Part shown: positions 8,983 to 17,389 of the stretch, one piece after another
Position numbering within the stretch: the stretch's first letter is position 1
Layout of the letters: each line of letters begins with the position of its first letter
Assembly: GCA_003168255.1 (NCBI GenBank)
Contig: PMSU01000071.1
Location: forward strand, 4,601 to 68,600
From: Actinomycetota bacterium
GTDB taxonomy: Bacteria; Actinomycetota; Actinomycetes; Streptosporangiales; Streptosporangiaceae
Length of the DNA stretch: 64,000 nucleotides
Direction: 5' to 3'
The notes under the pieces: generated by a model
Database searches by the model: none
Seen by the model: the letters and a program-made list of their open reading frames with translations, nothing else
What the model was told of the DNA's origin: nothing
Translations under genes and position numbers: made by a program

Positions 8983-9585
8983 ATGAGGCCGGAAGCTGGG
9001 GAGCGCGATGACGCGGCATTGCTGCGCGCGGTGGGGCGCGGCGATGAGGATGCGCTTGCGGCCTTGTATGACCGGCACGCTGGCTGGCTGACCGTCCGGC
9101 TGACGCGGCGGTGTGCCATGCCGGATGTGGTCGATCACGCCGTCCAGGACACGTTCCTTGCCGTGTGGCGGGAGGCGGGTGCCTACCGTGGCGGTGGGGA
9201 TGTGGCCGCGTTCATCTGGGGCATTGGCGTCCGCCGTCTGATCGACGCGATCCGGCGGGACAGCGGCTCCAGGTGGCGGCTGCCATGGCGGACGGCAGAG
9301 CCGGAGGCGGTCGTCTCAGCCGAGGACCAGGTGCTGGTCGGCATCGAGCACGGCCGCCTGGGTCAGGCGCTAGCCGAACTGTCGCCGGAGCTGCGCGGCG
9401 CCATCGAGGCGACCGTGCTGGACGGCTTGACCTGCGCGGAGGCGGCGGTGCTGCTGGGCGTGGCGGAAGGAACCGTCAAGTCCCGGTGTCACCGCGCCCG
9501 GGTGGCACTGCGCGCCGCGCTCGCCGAACAGCAAGCAGGACCCGACACGAAGGCACACCGCCGGGAAGCGTGGGAAACATCATGA
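8983..9585 (+). CDS. ECF (group 4) RNA polymerase sigma factor
   Basis: Region 2 (DHAVQDTFLAVWREAGAY) and region 4 HTH (LTCAEAAVLLGVAEGTVKSRCHRARVAL). Confidence 0.9.
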   Translation: MRPEAGERDDAALLRAVGRGDEDALAALYDRHAGWLTVRLTRRCAMPDVVDHAVQDTFLAVWREAGAYRGGGDVAAFIWGIGVRRLIDAIRRDSGSRWRLPWRTAEPEAVVSAEDQVLVGIEHGRLGQALAELSPELRGAIEATVLDGLTCAEAAVLLGVAEGTVKSRCHRARVALRAALAEQQAGPDTKAHRREAWETS

Positions 9586-10493
9586 CGAACTCATCTCCCG
9601 GCGCGGCTGGGCCGGTGGCCGGAGCGGACGGGCACCCTGGCGAGGATCTGCTGGCCAGTTATGCCGCAGGGACGGCCGGGACGGTCACCGTCTGGTCGGT
9701 GGAGGCGCACCTGACCGGGTGCGCGCGCTGCCGTTCGGCCCTGTCGGCTCATGTGGACGCGGAGCGGCTGGCACACAACCGGTCCGTGCTGCTGGTGCGC
9801 GCGGCGATCGGTGACGGGAGCCGGGTGCGGCGCGTGCTGCGCCGGTGCGGGCTGCCCGACCATGTGCTTGGCCTGCTCGCAGCGACCCCGTCGTTGCGCA
9901 GATCCTGGCTGCTGTCCGTCATGGGGGTGCTGGCCGTGGTGGCAGGCGAAGCCGCAGCGGTCAGATACGGCTGGATCACGGCCGGCAGTCCCGGGCGCAT
10001 CCCCGGGTATCCGGGCCAGAATCTGGCGCCGTTCCTGCTGGTGGGCCCCTTGCTCGTGCTGGCGGGGGTGGCGGCGGCGTTCCTGCCCATGTTCGACCCT
10101 GCCTGCCGGCTGGCGGCCGCGGCCCCGTTCTCGGGATTCGCCTTGCTGCTGGCCCGTTCGGTGTCCGCGCTGGCTGCCGCGCTGGTCCCGGTGGCCGCCG
10201 CTGCGTTCCTGCTGCCTGGGCCCGGATGGCTGCCCGTCGCGCTGATGCTGCCCTCGCTGGCGTTGTCCGCGCTCGCGCTCGCGGCCGCGACCGCGCTGCC
10301 GCCTCGCGCCGCTGCCGTCATGGCCGCGATCTTGTGGACGGTGCCGGCGCTGCTGCTGGCCGTGGATGACGTTCCGCTGCTGATCGTGCAGCGCAACGCC
10401 CAGTTCGGCTGCGCCGCCACGCTATGCGCCTGTGCTGTGGTGCTGGTGGCGCGTCATGACCGCCTCGAGTCGGGATGGATGAGATGGCCCTGA
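9582..10493 (+). CDS. zf-HC2 anti-sigma factor, polytopic membrane protein
   Basis: ATG 9582 overlaps the sigma gene's stop (ATGA). The HLTGCARC (HxxxCxxC) motif is followed by several hydrophobic helices. The first 157 codons of track ORF 9111..10493 are off-frame read-through of the sigma gene. Confidence 0.8.
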   Translation: MTNSSPGAAGPVAGADGHPGEDLLASYAAGTAGTVTVWSVEAHLTGCARCRSALSAHVDAERLAHNRSVLLVRAAIGDGSRVRRVLRRCGLPDHVLGLLAATPSLRRSWLLSVMGVLAVVAGEAAAVRYGWITAGSPGRIPGYPGQNLAPFLLVGPLLVLAGVAAAFLPMFDPACRLAAAAPFSGFALLLARSVSALAAALVPVAAAAFLLPGPGWLPVALMLPSLALSALALAAATALPPRAAAVMAAILWTVPALLLAVDDVPLLIVQRNAQFGCAATLCACAVVLVARHDRLESGWMRWP

Positions 10494-11353
10494 ACGTAAG
10501 CACCGCAGCCGTCCGCGCCGAGGGCCTGTCTCGGCGGTACGGTGCCACCCGGGCCCTGGACGGGGTCGATATCGCCCTGGAGCGGGGGATCACCGGCCTG
10601 CTCGGGCCGAACGGCGCGGGCAAGACCACGCTGCTGTCGATCCTGGCCACCGTCAACGAGCCGGACGCGGGGCGGGTGTCGGCGTTCGGCCTGGACCCGG
10701 GGCATGCGGCGGAACGCGTGGAGATCCGCCGGCGGCTCGGCTACCTGCCCCAGGAGCTGGGGTATCACCGGCACTTCACGGTCGCCGCGTTCCTTGACTA
10801 CGTGGCGATCCTGAAGGAGATCACCGACCGGCGGCGCCGCGCTGAGGAGGTGGCCAGGGTGCTGGCCGCCGTCGGCCTGGAGGACCGCGCCCGCTCCCGG
10901 ATACGGGCCCTGTCCGGCGGGATGCGGCAGCGCCTGGGGATCGCCCAGGCCCTGCTCGGCGAGCCTGACCTGCTGATCCTGGACGAGCCGACGGCCGGGC
11001 TCGACCCGGAGCAGCGGCTGCGGTTCCGGGAGCTGCTGTCCAGCCTGCCGGGCGATCCGGTGACCGTGCTGTCCACCCACCAGGCCGACGACATCGCCGC
11101 AATCTGCCCGCACGTCGTCGTGCTGCTGAAGGGGCAGATGCACTTCGCCGGAACCCCGGCCGAGCTGGCCGCCGCCGCCGCCGGGCGGGTGTGGGCGGCC
11201 GGCGAGCGCGACGACCGCGCCCACCTGTCCTGGCGTGGCGGCGACAACCGGTGGCGGCACATCGGCGACCACCCGCCGACGGGCGCCGAGCTGGTCTCGC
11301 CGACGGTCGAAGACGGTTACCTGATGCTGTCCCACACGGCAGGTGCGCGATGA
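10475..11353 (+). CDS. ABC transporter ATP-binding protein
   Basis: Walker A GPNGAGKTT, signature LSGGMRQR, Walker B LLILDEP. The start (10475 or 10484) overlaps the end of the anti-sigma gene. Confidence 0.9.
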   Translation: MDEMALNVSTAAVRAEGLSRRYGATRALDGVDIALERGITGLLGPNGAGKTTLLSILATVNEPDAGRVSAFGLDPGHAAERVEIRRRLGYLPQELGYHRHFTVAAFLDYVAILKEITDRRRRAEEVARVLAAVGLEDRARSRIRALSGGMRQRLGIAQALLGEPDLLILDEPTAGLDPEQRLRFRELLSSLPGDPVTVLSTHQADDIAAICPHVVVLLKGQMHFAGTPAELAAAAAGRVWAAGERDDRAHLSWRGGDNRWRHIGDHPPTGAELVSPTVEDGYLMLSHTAGAR

Positions 11354-13113
11354 CCACCACCGGGGGTGGACCCGCGCTCCCCGGCGCGGGAACTGCCGCC
11401 CTTGCCGATGGCCACGCCCCGGCAAGCCTCACCGCACGCTCCAGGGATGTGCGGCTGCGGACGGTGCTGGGCCTGGCCAGGGTGGAGGCGTCGCTGCTGG
11501 CCCGCAGCCTGCTGGCGCTGGCCGGTGTGATCGCTGGCGGTGCCGTTGTCTGGGTGCTGATCGCGACGATGCAACCGCTGTGGTGGAGCGCCGACTGGCG
11601 GATCGGCGCCGGGCAGCTCATCCTCGGCATGACCGTCCTGGCCGCCGCTCAGCTCGCTGCCGGGCGGGCGCGGCGGGATTCCATGACCGACCTGTACGCC
11701 AGCTTCCCGGCCACGGCCGGCACCCGCACCCTCGGTTACCTGGTCGGCCTGGCGGGTGCGGTACCCGCCAGCCTGGTGCTGCTCGGCGCCGGTGCCGTGG
11801 TGGTGCAGGCCCGTGGCGCCATCGGCTCCCCGAGCGTCACGGTGCTGGCGGCCGGGGTGGTGCTGGTGATCGCCGCCGGAGCGGTCGGGGCCGCGATCGG
11901 GACGCGATTCGCGCATCCGCTGGCCGGGGTGATTGGTGCCCTGTTGATGTTCCTTCCCGAGGCGACGTCCCACCTGTCCTCGGGAGCAGGCTTGTGGCTG
12001 ATCCCGTGGGACATCTTGCTGAACCAGCTTGGGAACCTGCCTGGCCCGCTGGCCGGGTATCCACCCGCCGTCGGTCACCTGCTGGAACTGGCCGGCGTCG
12101 CCCTGCTCGCCGGGGTTGTGGCGCTGGCGATGACCGTCCGCGGTGCCTGGGCCCGGGGAGGGTTGGTCGTGGCCGGCGTCGTGGCCGTGCCGGTGATCGC
12201 GTTCGCGGTGGTGGCCCAACTGTCACCCATCCCCACCACCGAGCTGAACCACCTGGTAACCGAGATCGCCGACCCGGCCTCGGTGCAGCACTGCACCACT
12301 GCCAACCACGTCCGGTACTGCCTCTACCCCGGCTTCGGGCGGGACCTGCCATCGCTGGAGGCTCCGGTCGACGGGGTGCTCGCACGGGTGCCCGCCCGGC
12401 CCGGCCAAGCGCTCACGGTCGGGCAGATCGTGGCGCCGCAAAATATCACCAATGAGTACCTCTTCTATGGCCATTCGCAGCAGCAGGTCACCCAGTGGAA
12501 CGCGCAGATAATGAGGGAGCCAGCCAGCGCTCCCTCGGCGTCGGCGTTCTACCTTTCTGTCGGGCGGTGGCCTGCAGACGGCGGACGGCTGGCTGACGCG
12601 CATTTCAACGTGGCCCTGACCGCCGCCGAATGGGCGGTCCGGCTGCTATCTCCCGACACTCTCCCCACGGAACAGCCGTGTGTACCAGTCGATCAGGCGC
12701 GGGAACCGATCGCGATCTGGCTGGCCATCCTGGCCACCCACCCGCCGGCGAGCGGACTCCAGAACGACGGGGGTATGACAGCGGTGGAGGTCCACAACAC
12801 CCTGGTCCCGACCTGGACCAATGCCGGTGGGCCGGTAGGTCAGATCACCGGATCCGCGCCGCAGCTTACCGATGCTGGGTACCTGCTGGCCAAGGCCATG
12901 ACGAGTCTGCCCGAGCAGAAAGTCAGCCAGGCGCTGCGGGGCGCATGGGCCACCTGGCTGAACGAGCACACCACCGACGCCCAGCTCGCCGCAGCGCTCG
13001 GCATCCGGATGCCCAGCGTCCCGCAGCCGCCATTGGCCGGGCCGGGTTCCGGGCAGCCGGGCTTGAAGACCGTGGGTCAGCCGGGACCGCAAAGCCGCGC
13101 GTGCACAAGCTGA
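11350..13113 (+). CDS. membrane protein (ABC-2-like N-terminal helices plus a roughly 260-aa extracytoplasmic C-terminal domain)
   Basis: ATG 11350 overlaps the ATPase stop (ATGA). Multiple hydrophobic helices run to about residue 320, followed by a soluble Cys-containing domain with no family I can recognise. Confidence 0.7.
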   Translation: MTTTGGGPALPGAGTAALADGHAPASLTARSRDVRLRTVLGLARVEASLLARSLLALAGVIAGGAVVWVLIATMQPLWWSADWRIGAGQLILGMTVLAAAQLAAGRARRDSMTDLYASFPATAGTRTLGYLVGLAGAVPASLVLLGAGAVVVQARGAIGSPSVTVLAAGVVLVIAAGAVGAAIGTRFAHPLAGVIGALLMFLPEATSHLSSGAGLWLIPWDILLNQLGNLPGPLAGYPPAVGHLLELAGVALLAGVVALAMTVRGAWARGGLVVAGVVAVPVIAFAVVAQLSPIPTTELNHLVTEIADPASVQHCTTANHVRYCLYPGFGRDLPSLEAPVDGVLARVPARPGQALTVGQIVAPQNITNEYLFYGHSQQQVTQWNAQIMREPASAPSASAFYLSVGRWPADGGRLADAHFNVALTAAEWAVRLLSPDTLPTEQPCVPVDQAREPIAIWLAILATHPPASGLQNDGGMTAVEVHNTLVPTWTNAGGPVGQITGSAPQLTDAGYLLAKAMTSLPEQKVSQALRGAWATWLNEHTTDAQLAAALGIRMPSVPQPPLAGPGSGQPGLKTVGQPGPQSRACTS

Positions 13114-13166
13114 GCGCGGCCCGCAATCACCCACCAACCACGCAAACCCATCCGGAGGTGCCAACC

Positions 13167-13934
13167 GTGCGGTCCGCCAACATCCCGCATACCGAGGGCG
13201 CGCCGCCGCCGCCCAGCCTGCCAATCCAGCGCACACGGCGGCCGCGCATGTCCTGGCTGCGCACGCTGCCCCTCCTCGCCCGGCACATCGCCCGGTCGAT
13301 GCCGTGGGTCACGCTGGTCAGCGGCTGCCTGGTCGGCACCGCCGTCCTCGCCCTCATGGCCCAGAACGCCCGGAACTCGCAGGTGCCACTTGACCACAGC
13401 GCGGTGCACATCGCCTTCCTGCCCGCCGTCGCGGTGCTGGCGTTCGTCTTGAACGCCCCGTTCCGTCCGCTCACCCAGGCGACCCCCGTCCCGGCCTGGG
13501 TGACCCCGGCCGGCTACCTGCTGCTGGCGACCCCCGTCCTGGCCGCGGCTTGCTGGGTGCAACTGCGCCTCGTGGACTACAGCCTCCCGGCGGGCTCCGT
13601 TGCCCACGCACCCGCCGTCTACCCGCTGATAGCCCTGCTCACCGGGTGGTGCGCGGTCACCGTGGCGATCGCCGCCTGCGCCCAGCGCTCCCGCTACGCC
13701 AACCTCGGCGGGGCCATCGCCGCCCCCATCAGCTTCGCGGCCATCACGCTCTCCTGGTTTCTGCCCGCCACCGGAAAGTGGCTGAACGAACCGCCCGAAC
13801 CGCCCGCCACCATGCACGGCGTGACCATCACCTGGTACGCCATTGCCGCGGCCGCATTGGTCGTGACCTATGTGGCGATGCGGGATCAGTGGTATCGCTA
13901 CGCACGCGTACTGCGCCGGTCACATTCCGGGTAA
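13167..13934 (+). CDS. polytopic membrane protein (function unknown; last gene of the ECF/ABC operon)
   Basis: GTG 13167 lies 8 nt after GGAGG (13154-13158); ATG 13248 is an alternative start. About 6 predicted helices. The upstream part of track ORF 12630..13934 is off-frame. Confidence 0.6.
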   Translation: MRSANIPHTEGAPPPPSLPIQRTRRPRMSWLRTLPLLARHIARSMPWVTLVSGCLVGTAVLALMAQNARNSQVPLDHSAVHIAFLPAVAVLAFVLNAPFRPLTQATPVPAWVTPAGYLLLATPVLAAACWVQLRLVDYSLPAGSVAHAPAVYPLIALLTGWCAVTVAIAACAQRSRYANLGGAIAAPISFAAITLSWFLPATGKWLNEPPEPPATMHGVTITWYAIAAAALVVTYVAMRDQWYRYARVLRRSHSG

Positions 13935-14071
13935 TCCCGGAAATATTTCTGTGATGCCGGCCAGCCCGCCGATCAGGTCGGTGCCCTGGTCGGCAATCAC
14001 CAGGTTCCCGCGCCGTCCACCGCGATACTGTCTGGGTCGCGCAGCTCTGCGCTGGTTCCTGGGCTGAGGGC
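13920..14071 (-). pseudogene. relic of a single NHL repeat, frameshifted
   Basis: The minus strand reads ..ALSPGTSAELRDPDSIAVDGAG then TW-stop. Restoring one base at GCGGG-AACCTG gives ..AVDGAGNLVIADQGTDLIGGLAGITEIFPGLPGM-stop. Its tail overlaps the 3' end of the preceding plus-strand gene. Confidence 0.45.
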
Positions 14072-14183
14072 GGTTTGATCTGGTTTCGCGTGCGGAAGGC
14101 TCGGGGGAGTCGCTTTCGCACTTGCCCGGTTTCTAGGGCCGGTTCCAGAACTGGAGCCAGACAATCGACAGGGGCAGGAACTG

Positions 14184-14771
14184 ATGGCATCTAACAACTT
14201 AGGCCGCTCAGTGCTGGCGATGCTGGTGGTCACCGTCACTGCGGGAGTGATGGGTACCGGTTCTGGTGCTGCCACGGCTTGGGCAGCACCAGGAAGCGCC
14301 GGCGATCCTGTCAGTCCTTCAGCGGGGACGATTAAGGCGGGTACATCGATCGGCACGGTAGGCGATCCGCTGCAGGGCGACACCCTCTACAAGGGGAAGA
14401 TAGCCACTACCAGTACTGACGCCTGGTACCAGCTGTACAAGGCCGCCGGCAGCGGAACCGCAACCATCCACTTCAAGGACACCACCGTCGCCGGCTCGGC
14501 GACCTGCCCCGACATAGCTATCCATGTTGACAATGCTGACGGAACCGACGGGAATGTCGATTCCACCTCGCTGGGCGACAACGACGCGGTCACCTTCTCG
14601 GTGACCACCGCGGGCCAGTACTACATCGAGCTTGACAGCTACAACTGCGGGACAGGCAACGCCGGCGCCACCTACAGCATCGAGCCCGAGCCCAGCTCTG
14701 AATGGACAGCTGCTCCGGTCCCCAGTGGTGGGCGAGGTTCACGGGGGAGGGCCGTGCCCGGCCGCTCTTGA
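14184..14771 (+). CDS. small secreted protein with a pre-peptidase C-terminal (PPC)-like domain
   Basis: Signal peptide (..AATAWAAPGS). The pattern TDAWYQLY..TATIHFKD..DIAIHVDNADG..AVTFSVTTAGQYYIELDSY..ATYSI matches the DWY / beta-sandwich layout of PPC domains. The region is visibly more AT-rich than its surroundings. Confidence 0.6.
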   Translation: MASNNLGRSVLAMLVVTVTAGVMGTGSGAATAWAAPGSAGDPVSPSAGTIKAGTSIGTVGDPLQGDTLYKGKIATTSTDAWYQLYKAAGSGTATIHFKDTTVAGSATCPDIAIHVDNADGTDGNVDSTSLGDNDAVTFSVTTAGQYYIELDSYNCGTGNAGATYSIEPEPSSEWTAAPVPSGGRGSRGRAVPGRS

Positions 14772-14928
14772 TCGAGGAACTTGGCTGTTCATGCGGCCAT
14801 CGGTGAACAGTAGATCGGCGTCGATCTCTGGACGGGTGGGGCCGAGAGGAATATCTGGGACAGGTGGGGCAGATAGCGACTGCTCGGCGCGCAAGTCGGG
14901 ACGCGCAGAAGCCTAGGTCAGGGTATAA

Positions 14929-14968
14929 ATGTGAAATTACCTACCACCGATGGTAGGTAATTTCACAT
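14929..14968 (-). terminator. perfect 18-bp-stem hairpin (loop CCGA), probable glmS terminator
   Basis: ATGTGAAATTACCTACCA-CCGA-TGGTAGGTAATTTCACAT, AT-rich. On the minus strand it is followed by TTATACCC. It lies 200 nt downstream of the glmS stop. Confidence 0.55.
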
Positions 14969-14976
14969 CCATCGCG

Positions 14977-15026
14977 GCCCGGCCGGGGCCCGGCTCCGCC
15001 GTAGCCCGGCCGGGGCCCGGCTCCGC
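14977..15026. repeat. direct repeat, 23-nt unit GCCCGGCCGGGGCCCGGCTCCGC twice with period 27
   Basis: Copies at 14977-14999 and 15004-15026 are identical. The location is intergenic. Confidence 0.85.
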
Positions 15027-15167
15027 TGGAGTGAGCCGAAACCGCCGTCGGTGGCAGTGCCCGCGGCCCGCCCGGATCTGCCGTTCGCGCGTCCCGTCCC
15101 GCCCGCCCCGGAAGCCAGCCCCCTCGCCGCGGGGCGCTGCCCGGCCGGTGGGGGGGCTCGCGGGGCG

Positions 15168-16994
15168 CTATTCGACGGTAACGCTCTTGGCTAGGTTGCG
15201 GGGCTTGTCGATGTCCCGGCCGAGGGTTAGCGCGACGTGGTAGGCGAACAGTTGCAGCGGCAGGGTCAGCAGGATGGGGTTCAGCTCCAGCTCGGTACGC
15301 GGTACCCGGATCACGGCGTCGGCCAGGCCGTCGGGCAGGTCGGCGCTGGTGACCGCGATGACGGGGCCGCCCCTGGCCTTGATCTCCTCGACGGTCGCGA
15401 TGTTCTTGGCCACGAGTTCGTCGCCGGGGATGACCGCGACGGTCGGCATGCTCTTGTCGATCAGGGCGAGCGGGCCGTGCTTGAGCTCTGATGCCTGGTA
15501 GGCCTCGGCGTGCAGGTAAGAGATCTCCTTCAGCTTCTGCGCTCCCTCGCGGGCGACCGGCCAGCCGCGGACCCGGCCGGTAAAGAACATGTGCTGCGCG
15601 TCGGCGTAGCGCTTGGCCACCTCGGCGATCTCCGGCTCGGCGTCAAGTACCTCGGCGATCTGGCCGGGCAGGGCGCGCAGGCCTTCCACGATCCGCTGGC
15701 CATCGGCGAAGGACAGGTCGCGGACCCGGCCGAAGAGCAGGCCGAGCATGGCGAAGGACACTGCCATGTTGGTGACCGCCTTGGTGGACGCCACCGCCAC
15801 CTCGGGGCCGGCGTGCAGGAAGATGCCGTTGCCGCAGGCGCGGGCGAGCGCGCTGCCAACCACGTTGACTACGCCGAGCAGCCTGCCTCCCTTGCGCTCG
15901 AGTTCACGGACCGCGGCAAGCGTGTCGAGCGTCTCGCCGGACTGGCTGACCGCGATGAACAGCGTGTCGGAGTCGATGACCGGGTTGCGGTAGCGGAATT
16001 CGGACGCGGGCTCGGCGTCGGCGGGCAGCCTGGCCAGTTCTTCCATCAGGCCCGCGCCCAGCTGCGCCGCGTAGTAGGCCGATCCGCAGCCGAGGAACTT
16101 CACCCGGCGGATCGCGTGCACGTCCCTGGCGGTGACCTCGATCCCGCCGAGCCTGGCGGTGGCGAACTGGTCGTCGAGCCTGCCGAGCAGCGCCCGGCTG
16201 ACCGCGGCCGGCTGCTCATGAATCTCCTTGTGCATGAAGTCGGACCAGTTGCCGAGGTCGTAGTCCTCGGCGGTCAACTCCACCGTGGTGGGTTCCTTGT
16301 CGATGGTCCGCGCATCGCGGGTGCTGGTCCGGAAGTCCGTCGCGGTGAGCGTCGCCAGCTCGCCGTCCTCGAGGTAGACGACCCGCTGCGTGTGCCGGAC
16401 CAGCGCGGCCACATCGGAGGCCACCAGCGTCTCGTCCTCGCCGACGCCGATGACCAGCGGGCTGCCGTTGCGCGCGGCCACCAGCTCGCCGGGCTTGCGG
16501 GCGTCAAGGACGACAAGGCCGTACGCTCCCTCCACCCGCCGCAAGGTGGTGCGGACCGCGTCCTCGAGGGAGGCTGCGCCGGCCGCGAGCGCGGCCGCGA
16601 TCAGGTGCGCGAGAGCCTCGGTGTCGGTATCGGACGTGAACGTGACGCCGTTGGCGGTGAGCTCGGCTCTGAGCCGTTCGGAATTCTCGATTATCCCGTT
16701 GTGCACGACGGCGATGCGGCCGCTGGTATCGGTGTGCGGGTGGGCGTTGGCGTCGGTCGGCTCACCGTGCGTTGCCCACCGGGTGTGCGCGATGCCCGAG
16801 GTGGCCTGCGTCGGCGTTCCGACGAGATCCCGCAGGCCGGCTACCCGGACCGCCGCCTTGGTGACCCGGAGCCTGCCGCGGTGTGCCACGGCCAGGCCGG
16901 CCGAGTCGTAGCCGCGGTACTCGAGCCTGCGTAGCCCTTCGAGCAGGATGGGGGTGGCCTCGCGATGCCCGACGTAGCCGACGATCCCGCACAT
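15168..16994 (-). CDS. glmS: glutamine--fructose-6-phosphate aminotransferase
   Basis: Starts MCGIVGY (catalytic Cys2) at ATG 16994 behind AGGAGGAA. Has two SIS domains and ends ..AKSVTVE. The 24 upstream codons of the track ORF are not part of the gene. Confidence 0.95.
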   Translation of the reverse strand: MCGIVGYVGHREATPILLEGLRRLEYRGYDSAGLAVAHRGRLRVTKAAVRVAGLRDLVGTPTQATSGIAHTRWATHGEPTDANAHPHTDTSGRIAVVHNGIIENSERLRAELTANGVTFTSDTDTEALAHLIAAALAAGAASLEDAVRTTLRRVEGAYGLVVLDARKPGELVAARNGSPLVIGVGEDETLVASDVAALVRHTQRVVYLEDGELATLTATDFRTSTRDARTIDKEPTTVELTAEDYDLGNWSDFMHKEIHEQPAAVSRALLGRLDDQFATARLGGIEVTARDVHAIRRVKFLGCGSAYYAAQLGAGLMEELARLPADAEPASEFRYRNPVIDSDTLFIAVSQSGETLDTLAAVRELERKGGRLLGVVNVVGSALARACGNGIFLHAGPEVAVASTKAVTNMAVSFAMLGLLFGRVRDLSFADGQRIVEGLRALPGQIAEVLDAEPEIAEVAKRYADAQHMFFTGRVRGWPVAREGAQKLKEISYLHAEAYQASELKHGPLALIDKSMPTVAVIPGDELVAKNIATVEEIKARGGPVIAVTSADLPDGLADAVIRVPRTELELNPILLTLPLQLFAYHVALTLGRDIDKPRNLAKSVTVE

Positions 16995-17025
16995 GAGCGG
17001 TTCCTCCTGTTGTTGTTGCTGGGGG

Positions 17026-17292
17026 TTAGCCGTAGACCATCCTGCGGAGCTGGCGCTCGGAGGCACGGGGCGCGGCCACCGGGCGGCCGGCCAGCTCGGT
17101 GGCGATGAGCGCCCAGATCTCGTCGTTGCGGTAGTGCCGGTGCAGCTCGGCGTGCCGCCTGCGGACGAACTGCTCGGTGGTCTCCGCGAAGTAGCCGATC
17201 ACATCGCTGATGACCCGGGCGGCGGTCGGCGGCGGCAGCCCGGTGGAGGCGACCACGTGCCGGACGAGATCCTGCGGCGCAGGGGAGCTCAC
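17026..17292 (-). CDS. small conserved-looking hypothetical protein (88 aa) immediately upstream of glmS
   Basis: Non-biased composition. The C-terminal ..APRASERQLRRMVYG looks like an HTH recognition helix. Only 31 nt separate it from the glmS start on the same strand. Confidence 0.55.
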   Translation of the reverse strand: MSSPAPQDLVRHVVASTGLPPPTAARVISDVIGYFAETTEQFVRRRHAELHRHYRNDEIWALIATELAGRPVAAPRASERQLRRMVYG

Positions 17293-17334
17293 GTCAGGTG
17301 AGCGTGCCAGAAGCCACCTAGTTGGTCAAGAAAT

Positions 17335-17352
17335 CTGCCCGAGATCGGGCAG
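17335..17352 (-). terminator. hairpin CTGCCCG-AGAT-CGGGCAG downstream of the lipoprotein gene
   Basis: 7-bp GC stem, followed on the minus strand by ATTTCTTGAC. Lies 38 nt after the stop at 17390. Confidence 0.4.
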
Positions 17353-17389
17353 GAATGCCGATAATAGCCCTTCGTTTCGAACGGCGGTG

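Noticed and set aside
16995-17025. glmS ribozyme upstream of glmS
   Set aside because: Only 31 nt separate glmS from the upstream ORF, so there is no room for the roughly 170-nt ribozyme. No ribozyme core is visible, and the element is characteristic of Firmicutes rather than this lineage.
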